This document shows positions 56,678-64,000 of a stretch of DNA of 64,000 bases, piece by piece. Each line of letters begins with the position of its first letter. Positions within the stretch are counted from its first letter, which is position 1. This DNA comes from Eledone cirrhosa (Eukaryota). The DNA is taken from contig CAXHJY010000940.1 in NCBI GenBank assembly GCA_964016885.1, positions 25,264-89,263 of the forward strand, given 5' to 3'. The notes under the pieces are model-generated. The model searched no databases. It had not been told where the DNA came from and was given only the letters and a program-made list of their open reading frames with translations. The translations under genes were made by a program, and so were the position numbers.

Positions 56678-56881
56678 GCCGTAAAATAAGAAAAAATTAA
56701 AAATTAACGTACTAAAATTTTAGTAAGTAAGTTAATTTTTAATTTTTAAAATTTTCTTATTTTACGTCTTTCATATAATTGTTCTGCATCCCCCTGCATA
56801 GAACCACCTAGGTACTTTGACATAACTTATATATTTGCCAGCACTAGTGTACATCTGTACGCATATGTTGGTAGATGTACT

Positions 56882-56961
<80 letters not shown>

Positions 56962-56974
56962 TGTCCTCTCAAGG

Positions 56975-57460
56975 AAGCCTGAGTAGAGTAGTGCACACTA
57001 CACCTGAGTGGATATCCACTGAAGCAGGTAGAGAAGTTCAAGTATCTTGGGGCCGTATTTACGAGTGATGGAAGGCATGAGGTTGAATTAAGTACAAGAC
57101 TTGCTGGAGCTGGTGCAGTGATGCGCCAGCATCAGCCTTCGGTAATCAGAAGAAGGGAGGTAAGTGTAAAATCCAAACTAGTTATCTTCATTTCGGTATT
57201 TATGCCAACCCTCACCTATGCTCATAAATCTTGGATAATAATCGAAAGAATGCGATCATGAATACAAGCGGCCGAAATGGGGTTCCTCCGGGAAATGGGG
57301 TTCCTCAGGAAGTCTAGTGCCTTTACTTCTCCAAACTGAAGGATCACAGTTCCGATACTACGGACATGTGGTAAGAATGTCTCAGGAAATAATCGCTGGG
57401 AGGATTTTAACGGGCACAACCAAGAGACAAGAACCCCAGGGGTAGATCCCGAGCAAGATT
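56975..57460 (+). mobile_element. Decayed RTE/Expander-like LINE 3' fragment
   Basis: LKQVEKFKYLGAVFTSDG...KSKLVIFISVFMPTLTYAHKSW...IQAAEMGFLR, with stops and deletions. Confidence 0.8.
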
Positions 57461-57885
57461 GTTTTTTGAAGTGAAATAAAATTAATTGTTTCTACTTTTT
57501 GGCACAAAGCCAGCAATTACCCAGTGTATTACTGGTACTTTATTTTATCGACTCTGTAAGGATGAAAGGCAAAGTTAACCTCGGCGGGATTTGAACTCAG
57601 ATCGTAAAGGGACGTAACTACGCTGGAAAGCATGTCTGAGCCTCTACCAGTACTGCCAATTCACAAAATTAATAGGAATCCAGTAGGATCCATTGAAGCC
57701 GTTTGTTTTTGACAGGACAGACTAGAAGTGATTGAGGACTCAGCTCTTCCAGGAGTAAGTGGGCGAAGAAGAATTATATATATATATATAATAAGCACCT
57801 TTAATTATATATATATGTGATGGTGGCGGGGTGTGCGTGTGTGTGTGTATGTACACGTTCGCGCACGCGCATATGTGTATGTAAG

Positions 57886-57921
<36 letters not shown>

Positions 57922-57923
57922 AG

Positions 57924-57955
<32 letters not shown>

Positions 57956-57956
57956 A

Positions 57957-57998
<42 letters not shown>

Positions 57999-58177
57999 GA
58001 AACTGAATGGCCAGTCTGCTGATATGCAAATCTGGTTGATCAGTGGATCTGTTAATATGCAGATCTGACTGATCAGCCAGTCTGCTAATATGCAAATCAG
58101 GCCGATCAGTCACTGTATATTCCAGAAAATATCATATATTTTCACTAGCTTTGACAGTTGGCAAGTAAACAGTAAAC

Positions 58178-58223
58178 TGCACTGATGAAGGGTAATCACC
58201 CAGAAACTGCAGTTCTGTTTGCA
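58178..58223 (+). ncRNA. Hammerhead-like motif
   Basis: TGCA-CTGATGA-A.GGGT aatc ACCC.A-GAAA-C tgcagttct G-TT-TGCA. The stem III register is ambiguous. Confidence 0.6.
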
Positions 58224-58349
58224 TGCCAACGCACGAGCGAGAACGAGGAGCTCATTCTACTGACATAGCTTATCAAAGAGGCTGTTTGCATAATTGTAGA
58301 CGAATCGAATATTATTATTAATATTCGAAAAACTCACATTATATTTATT

Positions 58350-58394
<45 letters not shown>

Positions 58395-58699
58395 TAACAA
58401 AAAGGGTGTTGTAAGATACCAGGTGGACCATAACGCACCAGAGAACTCAATACTTAGGATAGTAGAGTGGGTAATAGGAAAAGAGTCAGGATGCCGACGG
58501 CTCAGCTCCAGCCGTTTCGACAACTAGATCCGAAATGGCCGGAGGTCAGCCGTCAGGGCCCTGCCTTTTTTCCTATATAGTTATCTTAATTCCGTATTTT
58601 GGACAATCTACAACCTACGTCCTTCGGTCTTCATATTACTAACTATGTAAAATACCGTTCGATGATGACGCGCTTGACTCATGTTATTCTTACTTAACA

Positions 58700-58732
58700 A
58701 CAGTCTGATGCCTCTGAAATGTACATAACGGT
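58700..58732 (+). ncRNA. Hammerhead relic with deleted stem II
   Basis: ACAGT-CTGATG-cCTCT-GAAA-TGTACA-TA-ACGGT, with palindromic stem III and the same CTCT-GAAA context as 11105 and 24121. Confidence 0.45.
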
Positions 58733-59814
58733 CATTATTTAATAAATTTAAATCTAGAAAAGTAGAACTGTGTCTTGATTTTTATCATCACACACACACA
58801 TGTATGTGTGTGTGTGTATTATTTCAAATGGAAGTGATTCTATTTGAAGTGAAATAAAATTAAGTATTCTGTCTACTTGATGTAATGAGTACCTTACTTT
58901 AGCTGTGGTCTTCCCTTGTTCTTTAACGGAAAACCTGACTACATACACACTCACCCACACACATACATATCGACCAAATTTGCGTGCGCTTTCTTTCAAA
59001 GATTGCAAAATGAGACAAAGAGAACAAAAACTCAGAAAGGCGGAGAAAAATTGTCGCTTCGTCATCCACCGACTATGAATCGAAACCGGGTCGTTAAGTA
59101 ATCTATAGTCGGAGGCTGAAGAGGTGAGATTTGTTTTCTGTTTGTTTGTGTCCTATGTGTTTTTGTCCTCACTGTACTCATTTTGATAAATATATATATA
59201 TGTATATACATACACACACATTCCTCCACACCTACACACATACATACATATTTACCTACCTATTTACCTATATATACACCTACCCCCCCCCCCCCACATA
59301 TATCTATATCTACATATCTAGCTACATGCACACATATACTTATATAGCTAGCTAGCTAGCTACCTACCTACATACAAATATACATGCATACTTACCTACG
59401 TACTTATCTACATGCATACATACAGACTTACTTACCTACCTACCTACCTACTTACATACTCATACACACATACATACATACATACACACACACATACATA
59501 CATACATACATACACACACACAAACATACATACATACATACATACAATGGAGATCTAATTGACCCAGACAACAACATACCGTATATTACAAATGAAATTC
59601 GGAATATCTTTTTTCTTTCTTTTTATATTTTAACCGACAATATTTTAATTAAACGAGTCTGTCCTGTTCTGTATCGCGATATCAACATATACACTCCACA
59701 TTTGTATTTCATTTATTTTTATTTTTATCTTGTATTTCTTGCTGTCACTAATCTGTATGAAAATACTTTAAAAAGCATCAGCAAGTTGTCAAATCTTATT
59801 GGTGAGGTTATTGT

Positions 59815-59993
59815 GGATTGGCAGTATCGGTGGAGGGTCAGACGCCCATGCTTTCCAGCATAGTTACGTCCCTTTACGATCTGAGTTCAAATCCCGCCGA
59901 GGTTGACTTTGCCTTTCATCCTTACGGGGTAGATAAAATAAAGTACCAGTAATGCACTGGGTAATTGCTGGCCTTGTGCCTAAAGTAGAAACA
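59815..59993 (+). mobile_element. tRNA-derived SINE, dominant family (more than 20 copies in the window)
   Basis: A box TGGCAGTATCGG, B box GAGTTCAAATCC and a central GCCTTTCATCCTTACGGGGTCGATAAAATAAAGTACCAG (Meta-domain-like). Other copies near 3745, 4720, 4950, 7461, 9700, 12183, 13400, 15317, 15514, 16375, 16595, 24367, 30280, 32005, 32210, 32562, 33545, 35949, 57487, 62125, 62552 and 62760. Confidence 0.9.
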
Positions 59994-60194
59994 GTTATTC
60001 CAGATTACCTGCTCCTTCAACGTCTATCCGCCCCTCTGTCCAGTCATGGGCCTCGAACACCGAACTCCTGATGTCGTCGTAGGGACGCCGTCCGTCGTGG
60101 TATATACTTCTTGGGCAGTTAAACGTGGTGGAGTCCGTCCGGTCCTTCTCTAGGTCAGAGCATAGGTGATTTCTCCCAGAGAGAGAAGGAGAAA

Positions 60195-60232
<38 letters not shown>

Positions 60233-61029
60233 GGGGAAGAACTGACTTCGATAAAAGGTAAAATTGACCTCAGCATGATTTGACCTCATGTGGTAGAGAG
60301 CCAGAAAGACTACCACAAAGTATTTTATCCGAGGTTCTAACGACTTTACCAATTTCCACCTCTGCTACCCCTTATCTCCCGCTAGTTTGAAATCTCGTCC
60401 AAATTACCGGAAGATAGAATGAGATCCATTTCAAATAACCCATGGGGTGGCTTGAATTTAATTTCATATTACCTTTTATAAGTTCAGATTACTTCAAAAC
60501 AAATCCCCAAAAACGTTTTTTTCTTTTTAAAAAGACATAGAGAGATCCAACAGTTTTATATAGGTGTGATATTAATAAAAAAAAAAAACAACAAAGTTTT
60601 TCACGTTTGAGGCAAACGTGTGTGTTTCACCTAAGAAGGAATTTGGATTAAGACCTTTAGAGACCTTAAAAATTATGGTACTCCAATATACTGTACTGAA
60701 AAATACTCTATAGGGTCCTTCATTACTTGAGGTCCTAGGCTCGGTCTTATTTTTCTTAATGCTTAATCCAGGAATGGTGTAGAGTTTTAGAACTTATCAT
60801 TTTAGCTAAATCAGAGAGGGAGGTTGTTTGAACAGTATAGCGGTAATTTATAAGTTCAGGCTACACGTGGTACTAATATCAAAATGATTTTCAGATTAAC
60901 GGGAGATAACTCTAAATGAAGGGATAGATCGGATTCTTTACACCGGTTTCTTCCTGTTTAAAAGAGAAGATAAACTTATCTAGCAGAATATACACTTAGG
61001 TTAATAAATTGTTCTCTTTTATTTTTAAT

Positions 61030-61340
61030 GTTTTACTGATTTCAGTCATTGGACTGTTACTGTAAGACATAAACATTATGAGTTGTTGACCGGTGTCACT
61101 ATAAATATACACACACACACGCACTCACATACATACATGCATACATACATACATGCATACCTGCATACATACATACGGCGGGCGTTCGTTCGTACAGTTT
61201 TCGCCGACAAAATTTCACTCATAAGGCATTGGTCAGCCTGAGGCTGTAGTAGATGACATTTTCCCTAAGTGCCATGTCGTGGGACTGGAACCGAAACCAT
61301 GTGTTTACAAAGCAGACTTTACAATCACACAGCTATACCT
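61030..61340 (-). mobile_element. Third SINE family with an internal microsatellite; related copies at about 63190-63600 and 6250-6430
   Basis: Shared AAATTTCACTCA..AGGCATTGGTCA block and a tRNA-like head on the minus strand. Confidence 0.55.
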
Positions 61341-62297
61341 CATAACACTTTTATAAGACATTGACAGAAATAGCCACGGGGCATTTGGTGGTTCATATAG
61401 ATTATTTCACATGGTAAATGTTTTCAGCGTTATTTTCAGTTCGGCTTATGGCGGGAAAGCATGCCATTTTCCGTCTGACTTATGGCGGGAAAGCATGCCA
61501 TTTACTACGAGAAGACACATTAGGTATGGATGTGGGCATAGCCGAATCGTTACGGCGTTTGCTTTACAATCATAAGGTTCCGAGTTCGATCCCACTACTT
61601 GGTATTTCGAGTAAGCATCTTTTACCATAGCCTTGGATCGAACTAAGCCATGTGAACGAAAATTAGGTTTGTAGATGGAAACTGTTTTGAAGCCTGTTTG
61701 GATGGACTGTACCTGTAATGCAAAAGGCCTGCCTTTTCAAACTATGTGTCATGCTGAATCTTCCTGAGAATTACGTTAAAGGTACACATCAATATTAAAC
61801 CATTAACTCCTGGTGATATCGTTGGGGTACAGTCGTAAAAAATGATGTTTCTCGAGCATCCCTCTCCAGTCGCCTTCCTCCAGTCCACAAAAGAAGAGAA
61901 AGAAAACTAGAGAGAAGAGTTAACCCCAAAACTGGCAATATTTTATTCATCTCCATATTATGTGTCGCTATCTGGTTAGGATATTGTCTTTACTGTCATA
62001 AAGTTGTAGATTCGATTCCTAGACCGGTTGGTGTATTGTTTCCTTGAGCAAAGCATATAAAATTCGGTTGAGTTTTACATTTTCATTACAATTTAAATAC
62101 GGAAAACACATATGCACACTAATTAATTGTTTCAAATGTAGGCACAAGGCCATTAGTTTTGGGTGGCGGAGAAGACAATTATATCGACTCCAGTACTTAA
62201 CTGGTACTTTATTTTAGCAATCTCCAGACGTATGGAAGGCAAAGTCAACATTGCTGGGATCTGAAACCAGGATGTAGAGGGCCGTAACAAAATACTA

Positions 62298-62469
62298 TGA
62301 GGGTCAGCTGAAAAGTTCATAGGCTGACTATGAAGGAGTGATGATAGAGCTGTGGAAATGTCAACCCTACTCATTAATTACTGCAATATTTCTTTCCATA
62401 GACTATGTTGAAAAATAAACCTTAATGTGAGTATATTGGTCAGCCTATGAACTTTTCAGTCGACACTCG
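62298..62469. mobile_element. Tc1/mariner-type MITE
   Basis: TIRs of about 31 bp (...CTGAAAAGTTCATAGGCTGAC) flanked by TA on both sides. Confidence 0.75.
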
Positions 62470-64000
62470 TATAATGCATTTCACCCATCACACAATGCAC
62501 TGGGGTCAATTTAATCGACTTTCCTCTAAAATTGCTGGCTTTGTGCCTAAATGGATTGGTAGAATCGGTAGAGCGTCGAAGAAAATACTTTGCAGTTTAT
62601 ATTCCGGTTCTTTACGTCTTGAGTTCATATCCATCGAGGTTAACTTTGTTTTTCTTCCTTAAGGGGTCGATAAAATAAAGTAGCAGTAACGCACTGGGGC
62701 CGATTTAATCGACTTTCCCCTCCACCAAATTTCTGGCCTTATGACTAAATCAGATAGTATGGCTTGGCGGTATCCATAGGGGATCGGACACTGCTTCGCG
62801 ACATAGAGTTACGGCTCTTCACGTCCTGAGTTCAAATCCTTCCGAGGTTAGTTTTGCCTTTCATCCTTACGGGGTCGATAAAATAAAATACCAGTAAGGC
62901 ACTGGGGTCAATTTAATCGTCTTCCCGCTCCCAAAAATTATTGGCCCTGAACCTAAATCAGAAACCATTATTATTAGGTGTGGCTATGTTTTGAAGGTCG
63001 AGCGACTACTTGAAAGTTCCTTAAGTATTCCCCACCAGTAAGACATGGACATGTGTTCGTTTTAATGAACTAATTCCTCTACTGTTGAACTGCTAGTCTT
63101 TAATTAAGGCTAAGCCAAAAAAAAAAAAAAAAAAAAAAAAAAAATTAAACACCTACAATGATTTTTCTCGGTTGTATTGACCCCATTATAAATATATTTC
63201 TTTTTTATAATCTGGTACTTATTTTCTCGATCTCTTTATTTGTCGAACTGCTATGTTACGGGATATATAAACAAACAGTACATGGACACACACATACACA
63301 CAGTCATGCACATTCATATACACACACACACATATACATATATACACACACACACACACACACATACACATACACATTCACATTCACAGACACACACACA
63401 TGCACTCACATAGACACATATCATACACAACACGCTCGCAGGAATGGTTTCCGTACAGTTTTCATTAACCAAATTTCACTCACGAGGCATTGGTCAATCG
63501 TAGGTTATAGCACAAGATTTTTGTCCAAGGTACCACGCGACTGAACCCCAAAACCACGTTGTTATAAAAGGTAACTCCAAAGCCACATAGCCATAGCTAC
63601 TACAGAATATTCCAAACAGTTTCATTTATTGCTGATTCATTGAATTGAATTTTTTAATTAATTTCGAGAGAAAAAACACAGCAAAGGTAAACATGCAACC
63701 AAGAAAAGTAGCCTGGAGTGACAAGACAGAAACTTGGAAAATTGAATTATTCCAAAAACGATGAATATCTATCTTCTACATATTGTAACATTGTTTAGTT
63801 CTTATTTCAATGGAAACAAATAATTTCTAAACATTTTTGTACAACATTGTTTTTATAATTATTTATAATTTAATACATACTGACCCAGAAAATATTAAAA
63901 TAAAAATAAAAAAAACAACTTCAAATTAGAATTGGTAATTTCTGTTTCTTCAATAAATAAAAGTGCATTTTTTTTTATTTCCATCTCACAAAATATTGTT

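Noticed and set aside
59815-59900. tRNA genes at SINE heads with A and B boxes
   Set aside because: No cloverleaf is evident, and the boxes belong to a high-copy SINE.
60068-60090. CTGATGT-CGTC gtagg GACG hammerhead-like start
   Set aside because: There is no GAAA box or closing stems.

Overview
Very AT-rich eukaryotic intronic or intergenic DNA, saturated with (TA)n, (CA)n, (GA)n and (TATG)n microsatellites. The repeat landscape suggests a cephalopod (Octopus-like) genome, which is an inference. Almost all entries in the ORF track are microsatellite artefacts, and no host protein-coding gene can be identified apart from two candidate exons. Real coding remnants are all from retroelements: a near full-length but disabled Naiad-type Penelope-like element (PLE; RT plus C-terminal GIY-YIG, about 21.26-23.1 kb), two further PLE endonuclease remnants, four RTE-clade LINE fragments (two with twin-priming-type inversions) and four CR1-type 3' tails. 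There are also more than 20 tRNA-derived SINE copies, hAT/mariner/piggyBac-type MITEs and one non-autonomous Helitron. The main hidden signal is about 20 type-I hammerhead ribozyme (HHR) motifs, read by eye, in roughly 10 sequence-distinct short PLE-tail families. These families sit in (TA)n, often as fold-back palindromes. They include three families with a compensatory U3-A8 core (UUGANAA) and one family whose stem II is expanded to a 100-115 nt covarying hairpin. Many of the tails share a TTGAGTRCT-like motif upstream of the (TA)n junction. All structures were inferred manually, with no folding or database search.
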